DNA of 63,945 bases, filler included, from Stramenopiles sp. TOSAG23-2 (GCA_900128395.1; 4 parts of 4 records of this genome joined end to end with filler, not necessarily neighbours in it), one strand, 5' to 3'; positions 1 to 10,774 are shown, counted from the first letter of the whole stretch. Numbers and translations: made by a program. The notes: generated by a model from the letters alone, not told the origin.

Positions 1-85
1 CTCATATTTTAAGGTATGGGCTGTAGCAGGGAAGAACGAAGGGAATCGAGTAGGAATAGAGAATAGAGGGAGTGTGATTGTGATA

Positions 86-500
86 TGATAGGGGCGTATC
101 TTCTACGGCTATGGTCATTTTAGTACAATTTAAAAAAAGAAGTGAAGTTGGTGTGATAGGGGCGTATCTTCTACGGAAAAGATCCATTTAAGTACAATTT
201 TAAAAAAGAAGTGAAGTTGGTATGATGGGAAATATCTTCTACGGAAAAGATCAATTTAAGTACAATTTAAAAAAAGAAGTGACGGTGGTATGATAGGGGA
301 ATACATTCTACGTAAAAGATCAATTTAAGTACAACTATAAAAAAGAAGTGAAAATGAGGTGATAGGGGGATACCATCTACGGCTAAGATCATTTTAAGTA
401 CAATTTAAAAAAAGAAGTGAAAATGAGGTGATAGGGGAATATATTCTACGGAAAAGCTCATTTTAAGTACAAGATAAAAAAAGAAGTCGAAGTGAGGTGA
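86..500. repeat. Tandem minisatellite, 6 diverged units of 68-69 bp
   Basis: Units start at 86, 154, 223, 291, 360 and 429, with the next TGA at 498. Consensus is roughly TGATAGGGG..TA..TTCTACGGAAAAGATCAATTTAAGTACAATTTAAAAAAAGAAGTGAA..TG.G. No unique spacers. Confidence 0.95.
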
Positions 501-883
501 ATCGATATTTTTTGACGATCAAAAAAAAGAGGAGGAAGAACTTAGATGATAAAATGATGGTAATAAAGTCCAATAATAATTAGCATGGAGATAGTATTGA
601 TTTTGCCTTGGATGGACTATATATTTAATCTAATAGACATATATATCAACGAACAAGACAACACAACAACAAGAACAACATCAACAATATAGTTAGTAGT
701 ATTATATTATTATCAGAGGAGAGAAACGATAGTTTGTGTCTGTCAGATAATAGTTATATATATATAGAGACGAACATAGCATATATATCGTGTGTTGTAA
801 TCAAGTTTTTTGTTTGTGTGTAATTGTGTATATTTAATTAATTAGATATATAATTATATAGTAGGTAGAAAGAAGCAAGTTTT

Positions 884-3800
884 ATGATGAAGTGTTTTAG
901 TAATATTTTATTCATTGCATTCCTTGCACTTGTTGCAACGTCCGTCAATGGATTTGATGGTTTTAAATTAGATGATATGGGAAATCCTGTACAATTGAAC
1001 AATGAAGCACCTAAAGCGAAGCCAGCAGTATCTGCTTCTTCGTTGCAAGGTCAAGGCATGGAACGCTTTCGCGAAACAAATGCTGCACCTGTTCATCCAG
1101 AAATAGCAAAATTAATTAACGAAAAAACAGAAATTGGAATCAAACTTGCACAGTTTGAACCAATGAAAGAGGCCAAACCAAAGAAAGGCATCTCTGCAGA
1201 GGAGCTAGAGCAATTGAACTCGTTCCGCGAGAAAGTCGGTGAGTTGCAACGCTTGCCAGAAGGTGCAAAATTGTTAGGTAAAATGGCGAAAAGGTTATCC
1301 CAGAATCCACATGAAAATGTTGACTCGTTTTTAAACCTTTTATTTAGTTTACGTAAAAGCTTAGCAAGTGCAAAAAAGGATTCCAAACAAATATGGAAAA
1401 AAGTTAAAGGTACTTGTGAAGAATCAGAGCAAGAATCGGATAAGAAAATCAACGAGTTGAAAGGTCGTAAAGAAAAAGCAACTCGTGATTTGCAAAGCAT
1501 TCGTACACGTTTAGCAGATGCAAATAGTAAATTAGCACAAGCACGTTCCAAAGCAACTCCTGCTAAAGGAGGACCAGCAAAAGCAATTGCTATGTTAGAA
1601 ATTTTAGAACATAACGTTGCAAATCACATCCCAAACCGCGGCGTTCCAATGATCAAACCACAATCGATCGATGCGTTGGCAAATGCCATCTCTGGAACTG
1701 CACCTGGTGTATTCAACGTAGCATCGAAGACTATCAGTTCACTCATTGAAATTACTGGTAGTGGTGACGACGATGAAGAAATTTATTGCCCTGAAAACTT
1801 TTGTCAACGTAGTAAAAAACGTGATGCAAACTTCCATGGACCACGCTCTGCATTCGTTGAATGCTTCAAGAAAGAGACCCAAGATATTCGTTTGCCAACC
1901 GTATGGACAGCAGCAAAAGGTGCAAAGAAACGTGTTGCATTGTTAAATAGTGGCATGCATAGACAAGTATGTACTGTTGAAGGCAAAGCAGGTAAATCAC
2001 CTAAACAAAAAGTATATGGCTTGTTAAAACGTTTACGCAATGCTTTATCTGGTTCCTCCCCAGTTGCAAGTGCAGATGTTGTTGTAAAGCAATTGGAAGA
2101 GCAACAAAAAGGCGCGAAGGAAGAAAGTAAAAAAGCGGCAGTTGCTGGAAAAGCAGATGATGCACATGCGGAATTAATTCGTTTAGAAGCAGTTGTCGAT
2201 GGTTTATTAAGTGATGAAGCAGCAACGGAAGCAGCAGAACAAAATTACCACGTATTGCTTGGACAAGAACGTAAATTTAAACTTGATTTGTTACGTGCAT
2301 GTGAGGAGAAAGGTAAGCGCCAATCAGATGAGCAAGGCGCTCGCAAAGCACAAGTGAATGCAGTCGATCTAGCAGTTGCATTGGTAAAACGCAATATGAT
2401 CTTGTTGAAACACTTTTTAAAAGGTGGAAACCCAATGACAAGTGCAGAACAAGCACGTTTAAATGATGAAGCTGAATTAATGCTTGATCCTGACATGGCA
2501 GCCGCTAAAGCATTAGCTGAAGCAAAGAAAAAACAACGTGATGCTTCCATCACTAAAGGCATTAAATCAATTGGTGCATTAGGTGTTGATCCATCATTAG
2601 TTAAATTGCAATTGTTATCAGTGAAAAGAGGTTGCGTACCAGGAAAAGAATTATGGTGCGGCACCAAACGTCAATGTATCGATACTTCCGAGGAATGCCC
2701 AAGCGCACCAACTATCATGAAGGATGAACAAGGTAACCAAGTTGTATCGCAAGGTCAACAGGCTGCATTTGTATTTGAAGATCCATTAGATAAAGAAAAA
2801 GAAGATGCAGAATTAGATGTGATTCGCGAGAAAGCATCAATGATCAAACAAAAAGTTGTAAAAAGAAAGAAGCAAGAAGAATTACGTAAAAAATACGAAG
2901 AGAAAATCAAACGTATTACTAAACGTAAGGAAGAATTGAAAAAAGGCGCAGAAGCCGATATGAAGAAAATGAAACGTATCAGTGCTAAAGCGAAAATTGC
3001 GGAGGCGAAAGCAAATAAATTGGCAATGGATGCAAAAAATATGAAATTGGATATCATGAGTTTGAAAGACGATTTGGAACATTATGAAAAAGAATGTTCG
3101 AAATACGAACGTCGTATGGACGAGATTGAAAACCAAACGTCTGCAATGGCAATCGAAGAGAAAGATGCAGTGAATCGTGCTAAAAAAAGTGCAATGGGAA
3201 ATGCAGAAGACTTAATACAAGAGGAAGATGACATCGTTACCTTGAGAAAAAAATCTAATGCAGCTACTGCTGCGGCAAGAGAAGCTGCAGCAAATGTAAC
3301 AAAAGCAACACAAGATGTAAAAGATGCTGAAGCAAGATATGGCGACAATGCAAGAACAGTAGCAGCCGCATCGAAAGTGTCTTTATTGCAAATTAATGAA
3401 CGCGCACATTTAAGAAGCCGCAGTAAACAACTGGCTGGCTACGGTGGTTATGGCGGTTATGGCGGCGGCGCAGCTGTTGGCGGCGGCGAAGCTGTACAAG
3501 CAAAAGCTGTTGCAAGTGCCGAGAAGACAAAGTCGTATTTACTTGAAGCTCGTTTGCGCGAAACTGAGGAAATGAAACGTTTAAAAATCGCAAGAGAAGA
3601 AGCAGTAAAAGCATCTAAGAAAGTATTGAATGCTATGAAAATGGCTTCAACGATGAAATCCAAAGAAGTTGCTGCTAAAAGTGCTGCAGAAAATGCAGAA
3701 AAAGGAGGCGAAAAAACGTTGAAGAAATTGGAAAGTGAGTTGAAAATCAAAACATCCCAATTCAAATCATGCAAACGTGATAAAAATGCTGCCACCGTAA

Positions 3801-6800
3801 AAATTGCTGACATGGAGTTGAAACAAGCAACACTTGATAGAGAAGCAGCCGAAGCACGTGTTGAAGCCGATAGTTACAAAACTGCTATGAACAAGATGAA
3901 AGTTGCTGAACAAGCTGATGAAATGGAAGCAGCAATTATGGCTGAACCATTGCCAGAGCAAAGCCCAATTATTTCCGTAGCATGTGGCCTATACCTTTCC
4001 GCCAACGAATGTATCTTGGATGTAAGTTGCGGTTGGATCCCTGGCGTTGGTTGCAAATCTGGATCGAAATCTGGCCCATATTTCTGGGATGAACCATTGC
4101 CAGGATGGCAATACAGGAAATTGGACAATGCTAAATGTGAATCTTACTCCGATTGTCGTCAATGCGTTGATGCTGGATGTGGTTGGTGTGGTGCTCGTTT
4201 ATCATGTACTGAAGGAGGTTTGTACGGACCAAGTAATTTGGAAAGTTGCCCACCAGAATACATGCCACAATGGGCACATAAATTAGGACGGGGCCGCAAT
4301 GCATGTCCTGTAAGACAAGTTGTACAGACTGAAAGTGCCATGGCACAACAATTTGCATTACGCGTAGCATTAGCTACCAGAAAAGACATGGCCAAGAAAG
4401 AAAACGAGATTGAAGTGAACGAGGAGCAATTGCAAAAAATGAGAACTGCAAATGCAAATAAAGAGGCAATTAAAACCATGGCACAAACTATCCGAAGCGA
4501 TCGCCGTTCATATGAAATGTTGAAAGCGCAATTAAAAGGCAACGTCGATGAATTAAGACATGCTGAGAAAGGCAAAGCACGCACGTACCAAGCTGGATAT
4601 GCTGAAGGTTTGAAACTGGCAGAACGGAAACATGCACAACAAGAGGGATATTTACAAGGGTTGAAAGAAGGTATTGAGAAAGCAAAAACAATGCGTGGCC
4701 CACAAGGTCCACCAGGATCAGCTGGCCCACAAGGTCCAGAAGGCCGTGGTGTCGATGCATCTGTTGTTGCTCAGACTATCGAACAAAAAATCAAAGCATT
4801 GCATGGTAATGAAATCGACAAAGCTAAACGATTAGCAGAGGAAGCAGTGAAAGCTGCAAAGAATCAAGGCAAACAGCTTGAAAAGATCTCTGGACAAGAA
4901 TTGGCAGCAACTGGTGTAGACGCCGCAACTGGCGCAGCGGAAACTGGTGGAGCTACTGGACTAGAAGCACAACGCGAAGATGCTGCTGCAAAATTAGATG
5001 CCGCTAAATTAGATGCAAAAGCAGCTGTGACAGTGGCCAAAGCAGAAGGCGCAACCGGAGCTGGTGCACCTGGTGCTGAAAATGTTGATTCTATCGATGG
5101 TGGCGATGCTAATAAACAAGTTGAGAAAAAATTGCAAGACTCCAAAGTACAAAAGGCAGTTCAAGCCGCATCTGGTGCAGCTGGTGCAGTAACAAACGGT
5201 AAAAATGCAGGGTCAGCACCAACTGAGAAAGGTATAACCATTGCTTCTGATAATGACGAGGCGGAAGATAGTGATATGGAAAACACAGCAAAAGCTGAGA
5301 AAGATGGTATCAAAACCGGTTTAAGCCCAACAGAAAAAGCTGCAATGGAGGCTTCAAGAGCATCCATGCAAGCCAAGTTAAAGGAATCCGAAGATAAATG
5401 GACTGTCCAAGTTAATAAATTCAAAATCGCGTTAGATGAAGAGAAGTCAACTTGCGGCGCAGCAAAAGCAGCAGCATTAGCAGCACAAGAATTGGAGAAG
5501 AAGAAGAAAGACCTTCAAGGCAAGATCTTAAATATGGAAAAATCAGGTGCAAAATCAAGAGAGAACCAAGCAAAAATGACGGAAGAATTCGTTGAACAAA
5601 CGAAGAAAGTTAATTTAGCAAAGGAGAAATTGGAAGATGCTAAATTGGTCTTATCAAAAGCACCACAACAAACGGATGATCCTCAATACAAAGCAGCAAA
5701 AGCAAAAGTCGATGCTGCCGACACTGAATTCAAAAGTTTAACTGTGACGAAAGATGCTTCAGCAGATGGTAAAAAAGCTGCTGTCCAAGAGGCTAAGAAA
5801 GCTGTCATTGAAATCGACACAGTCAAAAAGGAGCTTGATCGTGTTATCTCCGCATTTACTGAGAAATCAGAAGAAGCTGAATTGAAACAATCGAAGACAT
5901 GCCCAGCTGCTCGCAAGAGGCGCACAATCGAGGAGGCTGAAGCTGGTAAATTAAAAGCAAGTTATGATAAAGTAAAAGCAGCATTAGTTAAACATCAAGC
6001 TATGTTGGATTCTAAAGCAACTGCAGGTGTTAGAAATATGAGTTTTGCATTGTCAGTAAAAGGCGGTCCATACATCAGTGCAGGAAAGAAAGGCTACAAT
6101 GTAATCAAGAATAAAGCTAGCAAAACGGTGTCAGTAGAGGCATGGGTACGCTTACGTGCTTTTGCCCCTGAAGGCATTTTTATGACTGGTTTAGTTACAA
6201 GTACAGGTGGTAATAAAGGTGTAAATGGCCATGGTTGGGCTTTAGGTGCTGATCAAAATGGTTTTGCATTTGCATTTAGACGTGAAGATAAAGCTACCCC
6301 AACGACGGAAATGGATATTATCCGCTCATCCGCCCCAGGAGCGGCTGATGATAATGCTGCTGGCGTGAAAGTTGAATTGAATAAATTTTATCATGTAACT
6401 GCAACATTCACTGATAAACAAGCTAAATTATATATTAATGGAAAACTTGCAAATTTCAAAAGTTATTCCCCATCAACAATTAGTTACGACGTTAATGGTA
6501 AACCTGCTAGTGGAGGTGAATTCACCGTTGGTGCTATGAGAAAAAGTAGCCCATCCAATGCAGTAGTTGATGATATCACCGTTTGGTCTAGAGAATTGAG
6601 CACAGATGAAATCAAAAGCCATTCTTGCGACGCTGCAGCATCGAAGAAAGCAATGACTGCTTCAAAAGATGCAGCACTTGTATTATATTACAATTTTGGA
6701 CCTGGCGACGTTCCAGGATTAAATGTATTAGATAAATCTAAAAATAGTTTAGATGGAAAAATATATGCTCCAGAAAACTCTAGCGTTAAATGGCTTGCAG

Positions 6801-6883
6801 AAGATGTTAAACAATATAAATGTAGCGATTTGATTCGATTAGGTAGAAGTCAAACGACAAGTAACCTTCGTAGAAGAAGGTAA
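884..6883 (+). CDS. Giant secreted coiled-coil protein: trichocyst-matrix-like helical region, small Cys domains, 2 PSI repeats, short collagen-like stretch, C-terminal LamG/pentraxin-like domain
   Basis: Uninterrupted 1999-aa ORF with a signal peptide (ILFIAFLALVATSVNG). PSI motif CESYSDCRQCVDAGCGWC; GPQGPPGSAGPQGPEG; LamG motifs SVEAWVRL...FYHVTATF...KLYINGKL...VDDITVWSRELSTDEI. Confidence 0.9.
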   Translation: MMKCFSNILFIAFLALVATSVNGFDGFKLDDMGNPVQLNNEAPKAKPAVSASSLQGQGMERFRETNAAPVHPEIAKLINEKTEIGIKLAQFEPMKEAKPKKGISAEELEQLNSFREKVGELQRLPEGAKLLGKMAKRLSQNPHENVDSFLNLLFSLRKSLASAKKDSKQIWKKVKGTCEESEQESDKKINELKGRKEKATRDLQSIRTRLADANSKLAQARSKATPAKGGPAKAIAMLEILEHNVANHIPNRGVPMIKPQSIDALANAISGTAPGVFNVASKTISSLIEITGSGDDDEEIYCPENFCQRSKKRDANFHGPRSAFVECFKKETQDIRLPTVWTAAKGAKKRVALLNSGMHRQVCTVEGKAGKSPKQKVYGLLKRLRNALSGSSPVASADVVVKQLEEQQKGAKEESKKAAVAGKADDAHAELIRLEAVVDGLLSDEAATEAAEQNYHVLLGQERKFKLDLLRACEEKGKRQSDEQGARKAQVNAVDLAVALVKRNMILLKHFLKGGNPMTSAEQARLNDEAELMLDPDMAAAKALAEAKKKQRDASITKGIKSIGALGVDPSLVKLQLLSVKRGCVPGKELWCGTKRQCIDTSEECPSAPTIMKDEQGNQVVSQGQQAAFVFEDPLDKEKEDAELDVIREKASMIKQKVVKRKKQEELRKKYEEKIKRITKRKEELKKGAEADMKKMKRISAKAKIAEAKANKLAMDAKNMKLDIMSLKDDLEHYEKECSKYERRMDEIENQTSAMAIEEKDAVNRAKKSAMGNAEDLIQEEDDIVTLRKKSNAATAAAREAAANVTKATQDVKDAEARYGDNARTVAAASKVSLLQINERAHLRSRSKQLAGYGGYGGYGGGAAVGGGEAVQAKAVASAEKTKSYLLEARLRETEEMKRLKIAREEAVKASKKVLNAMKMASTMKSKEVAAKSAAENAEKGGEKTLKKLESELKIKTSQFKSCKRDKNAATVKIADMELKQATLDREAAEARVEADSYKTAMNKMKVAEQADEMEAAIMAEPLPEQSPIISVACGLYLSANECILDVSCGWIPGVGCKSGSKSGPYFWDEPLPGWQYRKLDNAKCESYSDCRQCVDAGCGWCGARLSCTEGGLYGPSNLESCPPEYMPQWAHKLGRGRNACPVRQVVQTESAMAQQFALRVALATRKDMAKKENEIEVNEEQLQKMRTANANKEAIKTMAQTIRSDRRSYEMLKAQLKGNVDELRHAEKGKARTYQAGYAEGLKLAERKHAQQEGYLQGLKEGIEKAKTMRGPQGPPGSAGPQGPEGRGVDASVVAQTIEQKIKALHGNEIDKAKRLAEEAVKAAKNQGKQLEKISGQELAATGVDAATGAAETGGATGLEAQREDAAAKLDAAKLDAKAAVTVAKAEGATGAGAPGAENVDSIDGGDANKQVEKKLQDSKVQKAVQAASGAAGAVTNGKNAGSAPTEKGITIASDNDEAEDSDMENTAKAEKDGIKTGLSPTEKAAMEASRASMQAKLKESEDKWTVQVNKFKIALDEEKSTCGAAKAAALAAQELEKKKKDLQGKILNMEKSGAKSRENQAKMTEEFVEQTKKVNLAKEKLEDAKLVLSKAPQQTDDPQYKAAKAKVDAADTEFKSLTVTKDASADGKKAAVQEAKKAVIEIDTVKKELDRVISAFTEKSEEAELKQSKTCPAARKRRTIEEAEAGKLKASYDKVKAALVKHQAMLDSKATAGVRNMSFALSVKGGPYISAGKKGYNVIKNKASKTVSVEAWVRLRAFAPEGIFMTGLVTSTGGNKGVNGHGWALGADQNGFAFAFRREDKATPTTEMDIIRSSAPGAADDNAAGVKVELNKFYHVTATFTDKQAKLYINGKLANFKSYSPSTISYDVNGKPASGGEFTVGAMRKSSPSNAVVDDITVWSRELSTDEIKSHSCDAAASKKAMTASKDAALVLYYNFGPGDVPGLNVLDKSKNSLDGKIYAPENSSVKWLAEDVKQYKCSDLIRLGRSQTTSNLRRRR

Positions 6884-7040
6884 ATAGTTTATAAGAGCGA
6901 CAGAAAAGCAAAAAGTAGTAAAAAAATAATATATTTTTTATAAAAATATATACTTGATTTTAATAATTTTAAACACACACACCCATTTATATTTTTTAAT
7001 ATAAAATTATGACACTATAAATTTAGAATATCTTTTTAGT

Positions 7041-8251
7041 TTAGGTGTCTTGCAGATGCGGTCGAATGACCATGTTGCCCTTATTGTCCGTAATTACATC
7101 TAAATTATTCTCAACAAGGACTGATTTATGTTGACCAAGATTGTTACCAGCTCCATTCGTCACAAGATTAAATATTAATTGGAACCCTACAATTTTATTT
7201 CGTATAATAAAACACCCAACAAAATTCACTATGTATATATATATGTACGTATTTTTGTTAGTAACTTACTTAGAATATTATCTGTAGCATTTGTGCACAT
7301 TCTTACTTACAAATAGCAACTAATGTTATGAAAATATTCACATTAGAATTGTAACGACGAGTATTTGCACGATTACTTAATTGTTGTCCAAAACTAATAC
7401 TTGATAAACCAACAAATATGAATAAACATGGATAAAATAAATATGAAAATATTAAATTTGCAGATAATGCTATACAATGCCCAGACAAAGCATACCCAGT
7501 TGTATATGCACACATAGACCATGAACTTGTTTCTCCTAATGCATAAAATCCTATTTTAAGTAAACATGTAAACCCTAGCCAACATGTAAACGATAGAAAA
7601 ATTGCAGTACTTAAAATCATTTGTTCAGCATAGTGCCTTGGCCAATCGCCTTGTAATTCTACACTCATCGTTAAAATTGCAGCCATTGTAAGTGTCAATA
7701 CGAATGGGCCATAAAGATCTGGTTTTGACGTATATCGCTTATGGATATTTTGGTTATTGCCGGTATTGTTGTTTTGGCGCGATGTTGGTATATTTGGAAA
7801 CAAACTATAGATCAATTTACGTATAAAATCACTTGTATCAACTGTAATATTTAGATAAACGTTAAATTGTTAGAAACATTTTGTGTTTTTTAATATATTT
7901 ACATGTTCATGTATAGTCAGACTTACCGTCAAACAATGGTCTTAACGTATCTATGATCCCGTAAAAATTTCCTGCTGTGACCATGTCTTGTACATCTTTT
8001 GCACGTCTACGAATATATCTTGCTAATAGCTCTTCACGCTCTTCATCCTGTTGTGTTCTATTATTCTCCATATGATTATCACTATTATTCGTTCCACCAC
8101 CTTCCACATCTACATTCATGCTGGTCATGGTTGGCGAGCCATCTTTATCATTTTCACTGGTTACTAAATTTGACGATGGCGTAGGATTACGCTTTCTAGC
8201 TTGATTTGGTTGCATCATCTTGTACACTAATAATAATTTCGTTCTTACCAT
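7041..8251 (-). CDS. YIPF3: Yip1-domain Golgi membrane protein, YIPF3-like; 3 exons (8251-7927, 7841-7311, 7228-7041)
   Basis: Introns 7842-7926 and 7229-7310 (GTAAGT...CTAAC...AG) join three ORFs in frame. The product reads IDTLRPLFDVDTSDFIRKLIYSLFP...DLYGPFVLTLT...TAIFLSFTCWLG...GYALSGHCIAL. The start could be 8218 instead. Confidence 0.8.
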
Positions 8252-8403
8252 CTATATGTATCTATATCCTTTATCTCCTATTTTGTATTTTCAAAAATTT
8301 TTTATTTTTTATATATTCTATAAAATAAATAAAATAACGTTTTGTATTTTGTCTTGTGTGTCTTGTGCTGCCTTTTGTGCTCTCCTGATGGTGGCACTTC
8401 ACT

Positions 8404-8422
8404 TAGACGACTATTAGACTAC
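8404..8422 (+). promoter_or_regulatory. TAGACGACTAT/TAGACTAC candidate promoter motif in a divergent intergenic region
   Basis: The motif recurs at 22174-22187, 49051-49064 (reverse) and 59520-59529, all in divergent intergenic regions. Confidence 0.4.
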
Positions 8423-8945
8423 TTGTATATAGGCTTCGTGTGGCAGAGTTGTTACAATAATTTAAATTGACGGCGATGCTGATGGCGCTGGAAAAAGGTA
8501 ATTTGCCTAAAAAATAGATAACATTTCCGGAATTTTTATCATCTCATAAAATAATCACACGTATACTAATACAGTAACTAAAAGTTGCAAAACGATACAT
8601 AACTCTAATGCGAGCGTTCCCACGAAAAAATGAATTTCAAAAAAGGAATTTGTGATTTCATTTTATTTTAAAATAAATAACTATGAAATATCACTTTACA
8701 AAATACAATCGGATATATGTATGTTTAAAATATCAATAATCGGCATATTTTGATCCAATTTTTGACCCTACTGACGTATTAAAACCAAAAAAACAGGGAT
8801 GATGGGATGATTCGCATGACGCATGAACACGTGTGAGCACGTGATCACCGTACGAATACAGGACACCACAAACCAAAAACAAGCAAGACGTAGAAGTGTA
8901 GTAAATCAGATATAAACGGATTTAAACATTACAAAAGCGATCGAT

Positions 8946-10481
8946 ATGCATGCATTGCAACTAGCATCTGCAAATTGTACTGATGAAACTTTTAAAAGTG
9001 GCTCGAAAAAGCGTAGTACAGCGTTTATATCTGCAACATCATTTACACCTACATTATCTAGTATTAGCAGTAGAAACAGTACTAATAAACGCCAAAAGAC
9101 TAATGATACATCGTCGTCGTCAAATACAATAATTGTCAATGGAAAACTTAATCCAAGTATCGAGAGATTAGCTAAGGTGATGACAACTAATCCTTATGCA
9201 AATCCAGAACATGAAGCGCTTAGCGGAGAAAATGGTGACGATTACGGATGTGATAACAACAATAATACGACAAATGATGACGATAAGGAACAGGTGAAAA
9301 GTAGTAATCAAAAAGCAGAATTAAAATCAAAAAATAAGGAAACAAGTAAGACAATTCAAGATGTCGAATCGCTTATTTACGACGATTCATTTTTACCAGT
9401 CGCGTATAATAGTACCACTAAGAAAGGAACGGAAAGAACAATCGAAGATATCAAAAGTAGCAAATGTTTTGAGTACTTTGGACGCCAATTGAAAGTTGGC
9501 TTGGACAATGTCCCAACCCTTTTCACTCAAGTAGAGCAAGTAGTATTATTGCCATGGGAGAAAACTGGCAATATTTGTAAGTACGATGCAAAAGAATTAT
9601 CAACGACTGCATGGCGGCATTTCCGATTATCATGGAAAAATTATATGAATCTTGTAATATTAATATCGCCATTACGAAGAGATAGATTGATCTTGGAAAA
9701 GATTAAACAATTAGGCCCACCACGGAGCATAAATTCACTTAGACGTACATTTAGCTTAGGCGATTCACGATCACGTAGAATATTTTTTCAAATTTATTAC
9801 ACACCACGTATAGCTGCAAAAAATCAAACTAGAAATATTGAATTACCAAAAACACTACAAATTGTACGTAGACGAGATGTAAAGGAACAACCACGAGGAT
9901 ATTTTCAACTTCCATATGCGAGAAACGCACCTCCTGTAATGATACCACCAAATTTAAATTCACTCCACGCATTGCACCAATTGCAAAATTATAATAATAG
10001 TAATGGATTTTTTTTAAACAAACATCCATTATATATGAACTTAAACAATGCCAACAACAGTAGCTTCGGCAGCAGCAGTAACAACATCAATAATATTTTT
10101 CATCAGCGTACTTTACTGCCACTACAGTTTATGCCACCACCAATGCATCCTTATAATACATTAAATGCACCGATGCAATTTCCACAATTTCAACCACGTC
10201 TGTTTAATAGTAATGCGACGATGTCGGTAAATCAAGCGATAAATCAAAATGATGTGATTGATTTATCAAATGCGCCAATAGGTATTGTTTCAAATCAACC
10301 TTCCTTATCACACGAATCCTCCAGTCAAAGCAATAATAATGCCGATAATAAACGAAAGGGCTTTACTAAACCGGATTCCCAACGAGGAAAAATTGTGTCT
10401 AGAAGTAATGTTGCAATCAATACTAACAATAGCAACGGTATTACCAAAAACTATACTAGAGGGCTGGAAAAAAAAAGTTGA
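8946..10481 (+). CDS. Hypothetical protein with a central globular region and Asn/Pro/Gln-rich low-complexity tail (possibly nuclear)
   Basis: 511-aa ORF in AT-rich DNA with basic patches (KKRS, NKRQK). No family recognised. Confidence 0.75.
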   Translation: MHALQLASANCTDETFKSGSKKRSTAFISATSFTPTLSSISSRNSTNKRQKTNDTSSSSNTIIVNGKLNPSIERLAKVMTTNPYANPEHEALSGENGDDYGCDNNNNTTNDDDKEQVKSSNQKAELKSKNKETSKTIQDVESLIYDDSFLPVAYNSTTKKGTERTIEDIKSSKCFEYFGRQLKVGLDNVPTLFTQVEQVVLLPWEKTGNICKYDAKELSTTAWRHFRLSWKNYMNLVILISPLRRDRLILEKIKQLGPPRSINSLRRTFSLGDSRSRRIFFQIYYTPRIAAKNQTRNIELPKTLQIVRRRDVKEQPRGYFQLPYARNAPPVMIPPNLNSLHALHQLQNYNNSNGFFLNKHPLYMNLNNANNSSFGSSSNNINNIFHQRTLLPLQFMPPPMHPYNTLNAPMQFPQFQPRLFNSNATMSVNQAINQNDVIDLSNAPIGIVSNQPSLSHESSSQSNNNADNKRKGFTKPDSQRGKIVSRSNVAINTNNSNGITKNYTRGLEKKS

Positions 10482-10774
10482 GAATATAAATATAAAAAGA
10501 AAAATATTATAAATAAAATTAAATAAAAAATTAACCATCTTTAAATGTCTAGACAACTCTCTATTTAATATTTTATTTTTTTATAAATTATCAAGATTTT
10601 CCCCAGTGCTAATCCAGCTATGTGTTCTTGCAAATGATCAGAAAAATTTTGGCTCCGACCACTCGACATTTTCCATAGGAGTATCCAGTAATATGTAATA
10701 AGAGTAAATATTTTAAATAGTATGATATGATTGATGATTGATAGATATAAACAAAAAGGTAACAAATTAAACTC

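Noticed and set aside
86-500. CRISPR array or repeat-protein gene
   Set aside because: Units are homologous along their whole length with no unique spacers, there are no cas genes, the context is eukaryotic, and 68-bp units break frame.
1093-5925. Many minus-strand ORFs within the giant gene, and similar ones inside other long CDSs
   Set aside because: Antisense shadows caused by the codon bias of Ala/Lys/Glu-rich coding sequence.
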